Position numbers and translations under genes: made by a program
Origin: Paracoccaceae bacterium
Lineage (GTDB): Bacteria; Pseudomonadota; Alphaproteobacteria; Rhodobacterales; Rhodobacteraceae
Reading direction: 5' to 3'
DNA: 64,000 bases
Assembly: GCA_014323785.1 (NCBI GenBank)
Contig: JACONJ010000020.1
Location: 62,391-126,390 of the forward strand
Part shown: piece by piece, positions 50,240 through 61,183 of the stretch
How positions within the stretch are numbered: position 1 is the first letter of the stretch
How the letters are laid out: the number at the start of each line of letters is the position of its first letter
Notes under the pieces: generated by a model
What the model was told of the DNA's origin: nothing
What the model saw: the letters and a program-made list of their open reading frames with translations, nothing else
The model's database searches: none

Positions 50240-51574
50240 TTACGGTGCAGTCTGGATCAATTCACCCGCCAGAGAATTGGCGGAACTGCCGGTGAGCCTG
50301 ACCGGGGCGATTTGCCCGCGAATTGCCTTGGGTGCCGCGGCGTGGACAGCATGCAGATATTCCGACTTGCCAACCTGTTGCCCCTCCAGCCGCCCCGGCT
50401 TCTCAAACAGAACCCGGACCACGCGGCCCACCATCGCCTCTTGCGTGGTGCGCTGCTGTGCGCCCAGCAGTGCCTGCAGCCGCCGCAGCCGGTCATCGGC
50501 CTGTTCCGGTGGAACCGGGGTGCGCTCTGCCGCCGGGGTGCCGGGGCGGGCAGAGTATTTGAAGGAATAGGCCTGTCCGTAACCCACCGTCTTCACCAAA
50601 TCGAGCGTAGCCTGGAAATCCGCCTCGGTCTCTCCGGGGAAGCCAACGATGAAATCCCCCGACAGCAGCAGATCAGGGCGGGCAGCGCGGATGCGCTCAA
50701 TCAAACGGATATATGCCTCGGCAGTATACTTGCGGTTCATTGCCTTCAGGATGCGGTTGCTGCCAGCCTGCACCGGCAGATGCAGATAAGGCATCAATTT
50801 GTCGCAATCGCCATGGGCGGCGATCAAATCCTCATCCATGTCATCGGGATGCGAGGTGGTGAAGCGAATACGGTCCAGCCCATCGATCCCGGCCAGGGTT
50901 CGGATCAGCCGCGCCAAGCCCCACTCCTGACCTTCTGGCCCCTCTCCGTGATAGGCGTTCACATTTTGGCCCAGAAGCGTGATTTCCCGCACACCCCGCG
51001 CGACCAGCTCGCGCGCTTCGTGCAAGAGCTGCCGCACCGGGCGGGAAACCTCGGCCCCGCGGGTGTAGGGTACCACGCAGAAGGCACAGAACTTGTTGCA
51101 GCCTTCCTGCACGGTCAGAAACGCCGCGGGCCCGCGCGGGTGTTTGCGCACCTTCGGCAGGTGCTGGAATTTGTCCTCTTCCGGGAAAGCCGTGTCACGT
51201 GCAGTGCCGCCCGCCTGCACCGCTTCCACCATCGCGGGTAGCCGGTGATAGGTCTGCGGCCCCACCACCAGGTCCACCATCGGCTGGCGGCGCATGATCT
51301 CCTCCCCCTCGGCCTGGGCCACGCAACCTGCCACGCCGATTTTCAGATCGGGCTTTGTGTGCCGCAGGGGGCGGAAACGGCCCAGCTCGGAATAAACCTT
51401 TTCCACCGCCTTCTCGCGGATATGGCAGGTGTTAAGCAGAATCATATCCGCGTCATCCGGGCGGTCTGTTTGCACATATCCCTTCGCGCCCAGGGCTTCG
51501 GCCATGCGCTCACTGTCGTAAACGTTCATCTGACAGCCATAGGTCTTGATGTAAAGTTTCCTGGTCTCGGACAT
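50240..51574 (-). CDS. miaB: tRNA-2-methylthio-N6-dimethylallyladenosine synthase
   Basis: [31 protein letters not shown] domain; start placed at MSETRKLY. Confidence 0.96.
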   Translation of the reverse strand: MSETRKLYIKTYGCQMNVYDSERMAEALGAKGYVQTDRPDDADMILLNTCHIREKAVEKVYSELGRFRPLRHTKPDLKIGVAGCVAQAEGEEIMRRQPMVDLVVGPQTYHRLPAMVEAVQAGGTARDTAFPEEDKFQHLPKVRKHPRGPAAFLTVQEGCNKFCAFCVVPYTRGAEVSRPVRQLLHEARELVARGVREITLLGQNVNAYHGEGPEGQEWGLARLIRTLAGIDGLDRIRFTTSHPDDMDEDLIAAHGDCDKLMPYLHLPVQAGSNRILKAMNRKYTAEAYIRLIERIRAARPDLLLSGDFIVGFPGETEADFQATLDLVKTVGYGQAYSFKYSARPGTPAAERTPVPPEQADDRLRRLQALLGAQQRTTQEAMVGRVVRVLFEKPGRLEGQQVGKSEYLHAVHAAAPKAIRGQIAPVRLTGSSANSLAGELIQTAP

Positions 51575-51890
51575 TTTGTACTCCGGTTCTTGCTCCGGCA
51601 CGAGTGCTGGCCCTGGCCCATAGCGCATGGAGGCGCAGCCTTCAACGGACGGGGCCACCCGGTGTTAATTATCCTGCGGCAGATCGCGCATGACAAAGTT
51701 GTAATGGCCCTTGGGCAGCAGCCCCTGGCAAAAGCCTCATCGCACTGGTCAAGACGTTTCCCAGGGACTGGCGGCAATGAGGGCGACAACGGCGCATTCT
51801 TGTTCTTCCCTTTTTGCAATGTCCGCCCCATCAAGGAGGCTGCTGCCTTCGCCACTCAGAAAATCTGCGAGGGCCATAGGGAGTGACAAA

Positions 51891-52829
51891 ATGACCGAGA
51901 CGCTTGTGATCGGCGACTATAGCGACACAGATAAAGCAGTGTTGAGCGAGACATTCGCCCCCCTGTTTATCGCCAGCCCGAGGACACTTGGCACACTGGA
52001 TAAGGGTACCCGTGCGGCAGTCACGGTGGTGGCCCTAAAGGGACATGCGCCCTTCGGTGCGGATGAGATGGATTTGTTGCCAGCGCTCAGATTGGTGGCC
52101 AACTATGGTGTCGGCTATGACGCCATCGACATCGCCGCTGCGGATGCGCACGGTGTCAAGGTAACCAATACCCCCGATGTGCTTAACGACGATGTCGCCG
52201 ATATCGCGGTTGGTATGCTGCTCTGCCAAAGCCGCGAGATGATGCAGGCCAGCACCTGGGCGCGGACAGGAGAATGGGCCGCGAAGGGTGAATACCCATT
52301 GAACCGCAAAGTCTCGGGCCGCACCGCGGGCATTCTTGGGCTGGGCCGTATCGGGCGCGAGATCGCCAATCGGCTGGCATCTTTCAAGATGGACATCCAT
52401 TATTTTGCCCGTTCCGAAAAGGACACACCCGGCTGGACCTATCACACAGATCCGGTATCCTTGGCGCACACGGTGGATTTTCTTGTGGTCGCACTCGTCG
52501 GTGGTAAGGACACTGAAAATTTCGTCTCGGCACAGGTCATCGAGGCCCTGGGTTCGCGCGGCGTACTCATCAATATCTCGCGCGGCACCACGGTGGATGA
52601 GGCGGCACTGTTGGATGCGCTGGAGGCCGGAAGGATCGCTGGTGCAGGGCTGGACGTGTTCCTGAACGAGCCGAATATTGACCCGCGGTTCTATGACCTT
52701 AACAACGTGGTCATTCAACCGCATCAGGGGTCGGGCACAGTGGAAACCCGCGCCGCGATGGGACAGATTCAACGCGATAACATGGGGGCGTTCCACCGCG
52801 GCAAGCAATTGCTGACCCCCGTCAACTGA
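51891..52829 (+). CDS. D-isomer-specific 2-hydroxyacid dehydrogenase
   Basis: GVGYDAID, NTPDVL, GLGRIG, NISRG, LDVF..EP, PH.GS. Confidence 0.92.
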   Translation: MTETLVIGDYSDTDKAVLSETFAPLFIASPRTLGTLDKGTRAAVTVVALKGHAPFGADEMDLLPALRLVANYGVGYDAIDIAAADAHGVKVTNTPDVLNDDVADIAVGMLLCQSREMMQASTWARTGEWAAKGEYPLNRKVSGRTAGILGLGRIGREIANRLASFKMDIHYFARSEKDTPGWTYHTDPVSLAHTVDFLVVALVGGKDTENFVSAQVIEALGSRGVLINISRGTTVDEAALLDALEAGRIAGAGLDVFLNEPNIDPRFYDLNNVVIQPHQGSGTVETRAAMGQIQRDNMGAFHRGKQLLTPVN

Positions 52830-52995
52830 GAAAGGTTTTAAGCAGTTCGGAATCCGGAACATAACCAGTGCCACCCGGATCATGGGGATTCTTGTCGGTC
52901 TGCTGGCCGGTGACAGACGTCTTGATATGGCAATCGCCTGTAGAATATGTAAGGAACTGCCTTGGGGTGACCACTGACGCTCTGAGGATATGCCT

Positions 52996-53733
52996 ATGAC
53001 CAAGACTGTCGTTATCACCGGTGCCGGGCGCGGGATTGGCAAGGCCTGCGCACAGCTTTTTCTTGAAAACGGCTGGCGTGTCGGCCTTGTGGGTCGTACC
53101 GCTGACACATTGGGGGCCGCTGCGGATGGTCATGAAAACGCATTAATCCTGCCCGCGGATGTATCAAACGAAGCAGAGGTTGCGCAGGTCTTCGACAAAG
53201 CGGTTACAGCGTGGGGCCGGCTCGATTGTCTCTTCAATAATGCGGGCGTCTCGGTCCCGGGATCACCGGTCGATGAAATTGACGTGGGCACGTGGCGCCA
53301 ATGCCTTGAGATAAATGTGACCGGCAGTTTTATCTGTGCCCGCACCGCATTTCGGATCATGCGTCAGCAAGATCCGCAGGGCGGGCGGATCATCAACAAC
53401 GGATCAGTCTCGGCATACGTACCACGCTGGGGCTCTGCGGCCTATACGACCTCCAAGCACGCGATCACGGGGCTGACGCGTTCCATCAGCCTGGACGGAC
53501 GACCATACAGCATTGCCTGCGGACAAATCGATATTGGTAACGCCTTAACGGACATGGCTGAAAAGATGACCGAGGGCGTACCACAAGCCGATGGCTCGAT
53601 GGCGGTGGAACCAGTTATGGATGTCTCCAACGTCGCTGGCTCGTTGCTGCATATGTGCAATCTGCCGCTCGACACCAACGTACAGTTCATGACAGTTATG
53701 GCGACCAACATGCCTTACATTGGAAGGGGATAA
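52996..53733 (+). CDS. Short-chain dehydrogenase/reductase
   Basis: TGAGRGIG, NNAG, NNGS, YTTSK (YxxxK). Confidence 0.92.
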   Translation: MTKTVVITGAGRGIGKACAQLFLENGWRVGLVGRTADTLGAAADGHENALILPADVSNEAEVAQVFDKAVTAWGRLDCLFNNAGVSVPGSPVDEIDVGTWRQCLEINVTGSFICARTAFRIMRQQDPQGGRIINNGSVSAYVPRWGSAAYTTSKHAITGLTRSISLDGRPYSIACGQIDIGNALTDMAEKMTEGVPQADGSMAVEPVMDVSNVAGSLLHMCNLPLDTNVQFMTVMATNMPYIGRG

Positions 53734-53766
53734 GCCCAGCGGCAGTAACGAATGCCGTTTTGCCTG

Positions 53767-54873
53767 TCAGTCTCTTGTCGTTTCGTCCTCATTCTGCACG
53801 TAATATCCTGCGCAAATTCCGTCGAAATCTCCTGGCACATCACCAGCTCGGACCGTACGGCCAGACTGGGCAGATAAGGCGGCAGCAAGTGTCATCTCAA
53901 GTGCCATCACCCCGTCTTTGCCAGTGCAAAGCCCATCCCCTCTGCCCCCGTTCACCACAGCAGCAAATCGCGCGATCTGTACCAAGAGCGGGTCGACACG
54001 CCCAAAGATTGGACCCGGGGTGCGCACCAGTGGCTTGGACCATTCGATTTCCTCTGGACCGGACTGGCCCCACCTGGTCAGAGACGGGAATTCCAACGCC
54101 CCTTTCGTACCGGTGATACGGATGTAGTCCTGATGCGAGGCCGCGATGTTCGGATTTTCATCCGACGCTGCCTCAAATGCCCAAGGGGAAACGCCCGCAT
54201 CCGAGATTAGGAAAGATCCCATTGCACCGTTTGCAAAACGCAGCGCAATTACGGCTGTGTCCTCAATTGCAAAGCCACGGCGTGCGTTTGAGGAAAGCGC
54301 AGTGACCTCGTCTATGTCTCCGACAAGAAAGCGCAGAAGGTCGATCTCGTGGCTTAGATTGATCATCAGCGGCCCGGCACCGGGCGCACGCCGCCAATCC
54401 ACATTGTAGTAGCTGTCATGCTTGCGCAGAGACCAGAAGCCTTGGATCCCCACAATCGCCCCAATATTGGGCAAGACCTTGCGCGCCATCAGTGAAAACG
54501 GGTGGCAACGCCGGTGATGCCCGGTGAAAAGCGGCAGGCTATTTCGTGTCGCACTTTCCAGAACAGCACGGGCATGATCCAGACGATCAGCGATTGGCTT
54601 TTCCACCAGAACCGGCAAACCCCGATCAAGACAGGCATGTACCGAGATATGATGGTCCGGTGTCGGTGTCGCAACCACCGCTGCGCGAGTCTCCCCGGGG
54701 ATTTCATCAAGAGCGGCAACAACATTTAAGCCTTGAGATGTAAACTTCACGCGGCGGGACGCGGATGGCTCCACCACCGCCGCGATGCGGGTTTCAGGGC
54801 AGGCCTGTGCCACCTCGATATGGCGCCTCCCGATGGATCCGGCCCCAATGATCACAAGGGGAAGCTGTGCCAT
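53767..54873 (-). CDS. Gfo/Idh/MocA family oxidoreductase
   Basis: IGAGSIG, ATPTPDH, VEKP, GHHRR, GP..INLSHEID. Confidence 0.9.
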   Translation of the reverse strand: MAQLPLVIIGAGSIGRRHIEVAQACPETRIAAVVEPSASRRVKFTSQGLNVVAALDEIPGETRAAVVATPTPDHHISVHACLDRGLPVLVEKPIADRLDHARAVLESATRNSLPLFTGHHRRCHPFSLMARKVLPNIGAIVGIQGFWSLRKHDSYYNVDWRRAPGAGPLMINLSHEIDLLRFLVGDIDEVTALSSNARRGFAIEDTAVIALRFANGAMGSFLISDAGVSPWAFEAASDENPNIAASHQDYIRITGTKGALEFPSLTRWGQSGPEEIEWSKPLVRTPGPIFGRVDPLLVQIARFAAVVNGGRGDGLCTGKDGVMALEMTLAAALSAQSGRTVRAGDVPGDFDGICAGYYVQNEDETTRD

Positions 54874-55037
54874 CACATTACGACACCGATATTCTGTAGC
54901 ACGAATTCATAGTCTTCAAAGCCATGTTCCGCTGATTTCGCCATATCACCGAAGGCCCCGTGCAGCCGCACCTCATAAATCCTGCGACCTGCCTTCACGA
55001 CACAGGCAGATTTCAACATGTTGGTTCTCAGAAAAAA

Positions 55038-56123
55038 TCAAAGTCGCAGACCTTCCAACCGTTCCCAGTCGAAAACGATGCCATGGCCCAGCGTATCGGG
55101 TGCCCGTACAACCCCCTCCTCGACCCGCAAAGGTGTCTCAATATAATTTTCCAACCCGAAGCCATGAGCCTCCAGATATGACCGGTTGGGGCAAGCCGCC
55201 AGCAGGTGTACCGTTATGTCATGGGCACCATGGCTGGTTACGGGCAAGTGGAATGCCTCTGCCAGACGTGCAATCTTCATAAAAGGCGTGACGCCGCCGC
55301 AGTTGGTCACATCCGGCTCAGGAAAGGTCACGCCACCCTCGATGGCGGTGCGAAATTCCCAAAGCGAGCGCAGATTCTCGCCACTGGCGATGGGGATGCC
55401 GCCTTCTGTCAGGACACGGTAATGTCCGGCCGGATCATCTGGCGGGATGGGTTCCTCGAACCAGGCAAGATCGAAATCGCGGAACGCCCGTGCCGCACGA
55501 ATTGCCCCGTCGACGGTGTATTTCATGTTTGCGTCAGCCATAAGCGTCAGGTCCGCGCCAAAAGCGTCTCGAACCGCACCCATCCTGGCCACATCTTCCG
55601 GCAGCCTGTCGCGCCCGACCTTCATCTTGATGGCGCGGTGGCCCTTGGCTATGTTTTCATGGGTTTGTGCAACAAGATCCTCGGGGCCGAGGTGCAGATC
55701 GATACCCCCAGCATAACATGGCACCCGAGGGTCATATCCGCCCAGGATGTTCCACAGCGGAAGTCCGGAACGTTTCGATTTCAGATCCCACAGTGCCATG
55801 TCAAATGCAGAGAGTGCCAGCACCGTCGGTCCACCTCGCCCGCCATAGTGAAAACCCCACCAAAGGTCTTTCCAAATGGCCTCAATGTGTTCCGCCTCGC
55901 GCCCCTGCACCAGCGGTGCCATCTCGCACGAGAGAATGTAGTGGATCGCGCCGCCATTTACGCCGCAGGTGAAAGTATAGCCCACACCTGTTGCACCATC
56001 GACATCGGTAACGCGGACCGTGATCACCTCAAAGCCGGTCATGGTTCCGTGCATGCTGTCTTCAAGTGCCACGGGAAGCGGGATCAGGTAGTGGTCACTT
56101 TGCAAACGGTCCACAAGGGCCAT
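55038..56123 (-). CDS. Mandelate racemase/muconate lactonizing enzyme (enolase superfamily) protein
   Basis: DMALWDL, KMKVG, DAN, WFEEP, GEN, EPD..NCGG, catalytic His (SHG). Confidence 0.92.
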   Translation of the reverse strand: MALVDRLQSDHYLIPLPVALEDSMHGTMTGFEVITVRVTDVDGATGVGYTFTCGVNGGAIHYILSCEMAPLVQGREAEHIEAIWKDLWWGFHYGGRGGPTVLALSAFDMALWDLKSKRSGLPLWNILGGYDPRVPCYAGGIDLHLGPEDLVAQTHENIAKGHRAIKMKVGRDRLPEDVARMGAVRDAFGADLTLMADANMKYTVDGAIRAARAFRDFDLAWFEEPIPPDDPAGHYRVLTEGGIPIASGENLRSLWEFRTAIEGGVTFPEPDVTNCGGVTPFMKIARLAEAFHLPVTSHGAHDITVHLLAACPNRSYLEAHGFGLENYIETPLRVEEGVVRAPDTLGHGIVFDWERLEGLRL

Positions 56124-56170
56124 TGTCATCTCCTCTGGTGCTGCTCTTGCGGTGCGGGGATAAGGCCATT

Positions 56171-57766
56171 TTACAGGAACAAGGTGATGATCGGTGGCCA
56201 GGCCAGCAGCACCGTCAGTGCCAGAAGCTGCAGACAGATAAAAGGTATGAAACCGCGGAAGATATCTGTCAGAGAGATATGCTGTGGGGCCACCGATTTC
56301 AGATAAAAGGCTGCCGGTCCGAAGGGCGGGCTGAGGAAGCTGACCTGCATGTTCATGCAGAACACCACCCCGAACCAGATCGGGATATAACGCGCATCAA
56401 TACTACCGAACCAGCCGATCTCATCGGCCGGGAGCCGTATGACAATGGGCAAAAAGACTGGCATGATCAAAAGCACAATACCGATCCAGTCCATGAACAT
56501 CCCCATGAGCAGGAAGATCAGCATCATGATCAAAATCACGCCCATGGTCGGCAGGTCTGAGCCCACGATCATGTTGGCGACATAAGTTGGTCCACCCGCG
56601 AGGGTATAAGCCGCCGCCAAAGCCGCGGCCCCTATGGTCACCCAGATAATCGTCCCTGTAGAACGCAGCGTACGGATCAGACTGTCCCGGACAATTTCAA
56701 AGGTCATCTCCCGCCGCAACAGGCCGATCACGAAGACCGCGATCACCCCCATGCCAGCAGCCTCGGTAATGCCGGTGATACCGCCATAGATGGAACCGAG
56801 CACAACACCGATCACGACAATGGGCGCGACCAGACCCTTGCCCATCTCCCAGCCGCGTGCAGAGCATTCGCGGCCTACCATCACGAAGATAATCGCCAGG
56901 AAAACGGTAAAAGCCCCTGCCAGCCACGGAAGATCGGCGACTTGACCAAGGAAGATCGGATCCTTACCCTCTTCAATGAGGTTTTCGCCCGTCACCGTAA
57001 AGAATAGGGCCCGGAAAATCAGTGCGCCAGTGATCCAGAGCCCCATGCGGGACAGGAAACCAAGAAACATCAAGGCCTTTTCCCCGCCTGGCGGACCGTT
57101 AGCATCCACTTCGGGCAGGGGGGCCAGTGAGTGATCCATCCGGGTGCGGATGAATATGTAAAGAATAAAGAACGAGGCCAGCATGAAGCCAGGCAAAAAT
57201 GATGCGGTGAAGAGTGCCTTGATCGAGGTCTCGGTCACCAGGCCGTAGAATATCAATACGATCGAGGGCGGGATCATTGTGCCGAGGCTACCTGAGGCGC
57301 AGATCGTGCCAATGGCCAGGTTCTGGTTATAGCCCAGCCGCAGCATCTGCGGCAGCGCGATCAGGCCTAACAAAACCACCTCGCCGCCAATGATGCCGGA
57401 CATGGCGGCCATGATCACAGCCATGATAGAGGTAACAATGGCAATGCCGCCGCGCGTCCGGCTGAGCCAGGCGTTGAGCGATGAATACATGGCACGTGCT
57501 ATACCGGATCGCTCCAGCAAGGCAGCCATAAGTATGAACAGGGGCACCGATATCAGGACATAATTTGTCATCTGCCGGTAAACTGCCTGCCCCAGAACAG
57601 AAAGCGGCCCCTGTCCGAAACTGCGGAACAGGATATCGACGTCAAACTTTAGAATGAGTGTCACCACCGCTAAAAAGGCAGATGCGAAACCAAGGGGCAT
57701 CCCAATGGCGAGCAGTGCGAACATAGCCAGAAGGATAATCAGGGAGAGGGTGCCGATATCGACCAT
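56171..57766 (-). CDS. TRAP transporter large permease (DctM family)
   Basis: VPLFILM, GSLGTMIPPS, TEAAG, SPPFG. Confidence 0.92.
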   Translation of the reverse strand: MVDIGTLSLIILLAMFALLAIGMPLGFASAFLAVVTLILKFDVDILFRSFGQGPLSVLGQAVYRQMTNYVLISVPLFILMAALLERSGIARAMYSSLNAWLSRTRGGIAIVTSIMAVIMAAMSGIIGGEVVLLGLIALPQMLRLGYNQNLAIGTICASGSLGTMIPPSIVLIFYGLVTETSIKALFTASFLPGFMLASFFILYIFIRTRMDHSLAPLPEVDANGPPGGEKALMFLGFLSRMGLWITGALIFRALFFTVTGENLIEEGKDPIFLGQVADLPWLAGAFTVFLAIIFVMVGRECSARGWEMGKGLVAPIVVIGVVLGSIYGGITGITEAAGMGVIAVFVIGLLRREMTFEIVRDSLIRTLRSTGTIIWVTIGAAALAAAYTLAGGPTYVANMIVGSDLPTMGVILIMMLIFLLMGMFMDWIGIVLLIMPVFLPIVIRLPADEIGWFGSIDARYIPIWFGVVFCMNMQVSFLSPPFGPAAFYLKSVAPQHISLTDIFRGFIPFICLQLLALTVLLAWPPIITLFL

Positions 57767-57768
57767 TA

Positions 57769-58581
57769 TTATTTCCCCTCTTGCAGAGTGCGCCGGATGT
57801 TCTTGCTCTTGGCCTCGTCAAACTCATCGATGGGATTGTGCTGTTCCGGCTCCTTTTTCCAATCTGAAATCAGATTGGAAACTGCCTGAATGGTAACCAG
57901 CAAGGTGATGATTAGAATACCGGGTTTCAGTGTTCCGGGGATTGGTGGATCCCAGGCAGTTCCAAAGGTTTCCATCCGCAGCATCCGGCGCACTGCATCG
58001 TTGTAACCGCCCCAAAGTAACGCCAAGAAGAAAGCACAGATGAGCGAAACGGAAACCACGTCCGACATCTTTTGTATCCAGCGCGGCATCATGTCGTAAA
58101 TCACATAGATTCGGATATGGCTGCGTTGCTGCATGGCGTATTGGCCCGCAAACAAAAACACAAAACCCGCAATCCAAAGTGAGAGTTCATTGGCCCAGAG
58201 CGTCGGGCGCGAAAAGACATAGCGCGACACAACTTCGTAAAACATAATGATTACAATAAGTGCCGTCGCGATCATTGCCAGCCGCGAACAGACCAGAGAC
58301 ACAATGTCAAAAAATCCCGTGGGCGTGATTTCGATTGCCCCCTTATCGTCCGACAGATAGAGTGAAGCAAAAAGCAATACGCCCGTAATGCTAATAAGCA
58401 TGGCCCAAACAATGGGGCGTCCCATGGGCCGGATCATCTCGTGCATTCCAATGCTTTCACTCGAAATGAACTGTCCTCCGACAAAAAACACAAACAAGAT
58501 TGCCGTTGCAGAACCAAAGGCAATCATAGCCTTTTTCACTGGTCTTTTCAGCACACCAAGCCAGAGGCTGTCCTTAGACAT
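57769..58581 (-). CDS. TRAP transporter small permease (DctQ family) with N-terminal extension
   Basis: YEVVSRYVF..PTLWANE, HIRI, WDPP; about 90 extra N-terminal residues with two hydrophobic segments. Confidence 0.85.
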   Translation of the reverse strand: MSKDSLWLGVLKRPVKKAMIAFGSATAILFVFFVGGQFISSESIGMHEMIRPMGRPIVWAMLISITGVLLFASLYLSDDKGAIEITPTGFFDIVSLVCSRLAMIATALIVIIMFYEVVSRYVFSRPTLWANELSLWIAGFVFLFAGQYAMQQRSHIRIYVIYDMMPRWIQKMSDVVSVSLICAFFLALLWGGYNDAVRRMLRMETFGTAWDPPIPGTLKPGILIITLLVTIQAVSNLISDWKKEPEQHNPIDEFDEAKSKNIRRTLQEGK

Positions 58582-58673
58582 TCGTACTTCCTCTGTTTTT
58601 GCCGGCCATCAAGAAAGGCGAGCCTCCAACCAAAGAGGCTCGCCCGATTTCAAGCGTCAGCCCGGAGGAGTGA

Positions 58674-59687
58674 TCAGTCGATCAGACCCAACTGAGTTAG
58701 ATAAGCCCTGTGACTATCAACCAGAGCACGGGTCCGCTCGTTCTTGTCGGCCCAGCGTTCCCAGGCGGTTTGTGCCGCTTTGCGGAAGGTGGCACGATCT
58801 TCAGCAGACCAGTCATGCAGGGTAACACCCTGTTCCCTTAGCATGGCGGCTGCTTCGTCGTTGGCTTTTTCGTTGTAAAGCGCGATCTGAAAGGCCAGTT
58901 TTTGCCAGGCGGTGTCTATGATGCGGCGATGCTTCTCACTAAGCCCATTCCAGATGTCGAGGTTACAGGCCAAGTGGTCCGACGGCATCGAGTGGAAGCC
59001 GGGATAGGTGGCGTGTTTCACGATATCATAAAGACCGAGACCGACGTTGTTTGCCAGACCAGAGGCGTCTGCCCCGTCAATAATGCCGGTTTCCAGCGCG
59101 GTGAAAATCTCGGTAAAGTCCATCACGATGGGCGAGGCACCCAGCTCTTCAAAGATTTCGGTCTCCAGACCCGGCGGGGAGCGGAACTTCCAACCTTCGA
59201 GGTCTTCAAAACCGCGGATGGGAGCAGACGAAGAAAGTGATTCCTGGCCGTAGATTGACCAGCCGATCAGCTGCATGTTATGTTCGTTGTAGAGCTCCTG
59301 TGCGGCAGCATAACCGTCCCCGTGGTAGAGCCAGCTGTATTGCTGCCAGGGCGTCTCATAACCGCCCATGATGTCGCCCACAAACTGGAAGGCAGGGTCT
59401 TTACCGGTCTGGTAGGCACCGCCTGTGGCATCGCAATCCAGAATGCCGTTGATAGCAGCGTCGAAGGTCTCTGTGGATGCAACAACAGACGAGCTGTAAA
59501 ACATCTCAATTTCGATCTCGCCATCCGACATCACCTGCACGTCATCAATGAACTGGGCCAGGTGCCTGCCTGTGGGGTGCTCGGTCGCATAGTGCGTTTG
59601 GATGCGCAGTGTCACCTCTTGTGCCGTCACAGGGACGGCAACCACGGCCGCAACGGCCGCGGATTTCAAGACAGAAGTCAGTTTCAT
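58674..59687 (-). CDS. TRAP transporter substrate-binding protein (DctP family)
   Basis: Signal peptide, GWKFRSPP, LETGIIDG. Confidence 0.9.
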   Translation of the reverse strand: MKLTSVLKSAAVAAVVAVPVTAQEVTLRIQTHYATEHPTGRHLAQFIDDVQVMSDGEIEIEMFYSSSVVASTETFDAAINGILDCDATGGAYQTGKDPAFQFVGDIMGGYETPWQQYSWLYHGDGYAAAQELYNEHNMQLIGWSIYGQESLSSSAPIRGFEDLEGWKFRSPPGLETEIFEELGASPIVMDFTEIFTALETGIIDGADASGLANNVGLGLYDIVKHATYPGFHSMPSDHLACNLDIWNGLSEKHRRIIDTAWQKLAFQIALYNEKANDEAAAMLREQGVTLHDWSAEDRATFRKAAQTAWERWADKNERTRALVDSHRAYLTQLGLID

Positions 59688-60031
59688 TTTTCCTCCCTGG
59701 GGGGCTGTTACCCCGGCTATGGTATAGCTTCAGCATGAAGGCTAATGAATGCCATCTCGACAATCAACAGATTTTTGCATGCTAAACTTCGGAGATTCTC
59801 GGACAATACGCTGACGCGTGGCCAAGACAACATCTTAACGAAATGTTTACTGGGCAGGCTGCATAATATCCTGCCTTTTCGCGGCATGGGCAGGCCGTCG
59901 TCACGCAGGTATGCAGAACCGCGGCCGACAACCTGCCCCGCCAGGAATCTATGCGTTGTCGGACTCGAACAATGCGTAGAGCGCATAGCGATTAAGGCCA
60001 CGCTCAAATCTGGCAGGGATATCCCGTTCAT

Positions 60032-60874
60032 CTATGCAAATTCATCAAAAGTGGCCTTCATACGGTCCGAGTCTGGCTCAATTCCGGTAAACAATTCAAA
60101 AGCACGCACTGCCTGAAAGACCGCCATTCCGGACCCATTCATCACTTGGCACCCGCGCCCACCCGCAGCCTTCAAAAAAGCGGTTTCGGACGGAAAGTAA
60201 ACGATATCCGCAACCCAATGTTCCGTGCTGAGTGCATCAGTGGGGAGCGGGCTGCCCGGGTGAGAGGCCATACCCATGGGGGTTGCATTAACGATGCCCT
60301 GGACCCTGGTTAACACAAGCGTCGGATCGGCCGTGACCTGCGCACGGCCCTCTCCCCTGACCTGCGAGATATGATCGGCAAGCCGCAGTGCTGCTTGAGG
60401 CTTGGCATCAAAGATCCATAGCCGTTCTACGCCACAGTCCAAAAGCCCATGGGCTACGGCACCTCCCGCACCTCCGGCACCCAAGAGAAGCACATCGCAG
60501 CACAGCACACCCGCAAGACTCTGTCGAAATGCCTCTGCAAACCCCCAATAATCCGTATTGTGACCAAAGCGGCACCCTTCCTCAAAGATGACCGTATTGA
60601 CAGCACCCACGGCTTGGGCCGAATTTGAAAGTGTGTCTAAAAAGGGTAGCACAGCCTGCTTATAGGGGTGTGTGATATTTACACCACGAAACCCTTCGGA
60701 TTCGACATGATCCAGCACGGTCTTGAGTGAAACCGCGTTCCGCGTTGTATCGATCAGGTCGTATCTGTAGGACAGCCCATTTGCACGACCTTCTTCAACA
60801 TGCATCCGGGGTGTCCGTGATTGCCCGATTCCACGGCCAATCAGACCAACCCTTAAGGTCATAGGAGATTTCAT
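60032..60874 (-). CDS. Shikimate/quinate 5-dehydrogenase family protein
   Basis: G.GIGQSRTP, NITHPYK, AVNT, NTD, GAGGAG, NATPMG, D.VY, G..M.V.QA; GGAGG RBS. Confidence 0.88.
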   Translation of the reverse strand: MKSPMTLRVGLIGRGIGQSRTPRMHVEEGRANGLSYRYDLIDTTRNAVSLKTVLDHVESEGFRGVNITHPYKQAVLPFLDTLSNSAQAVGAVNTVIFEEGCRFGHNTDYWGFAEAFRQSLAGVLCCDVLLLGAGGAGGAVAHGLLDCGVERLWIFDAKPQAALRLADHISQVRGEGRAQVTADPTLVLTRVQGIVNATPMGMASHPGSPLPTDALSTEHWVADIVYFPSETAFLKAAGGRGCQVMNGSGMAVFQAVRAFELFTGIEPDSDRMKATFDEFA

Positions 60875-61003
60875 CTGATCCTCCAGGCCATTTTATGCCT
60901 CGATACAAACTGATTCTGTCAAAATTATTTCACCCTGAAGGTCTGCTGTGGCTCTCCACTTGACGGCAGAATGCAGGAATTAAACAGCGCGAATCCCAGC
61001 ACT

Positions 61004-61183
61004 GCAAACGTCGGCATCGGCGTGGTGCGCGACATGTGCGGCGTGCTGGAACAGGAAGATGTTCCAATGGCCGGGCTGATTGTGCTTGAGGGATTGGGGG
61101 AACAGAAAGAAAGGAACTTCCGCCGGGAAATGGCGCAGGCGGGCGATTTGCATGCAGGTGGTGTCCCCTATCCGCGCATGCAA
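61004..61183 (+). pseudogene. Probable C-terminal fragment of a DNA methyltransferase/Mrr-like endonuclease protein
   Basis: NVGIGVVRDMCGVLEQEDVPMAGLIVLEGLGEQKERNFRREMAQAGDL...YPRMQ resembles, from recall only, C-termini of MTase-endonuclease fusions. Confidence 0.45.

Noticed and set aside
59717-60031. ORF or TetR regulator remnant between the shikimate DH and dctP
   Set aside because: No HTH seen; similarity is too faint to support a call
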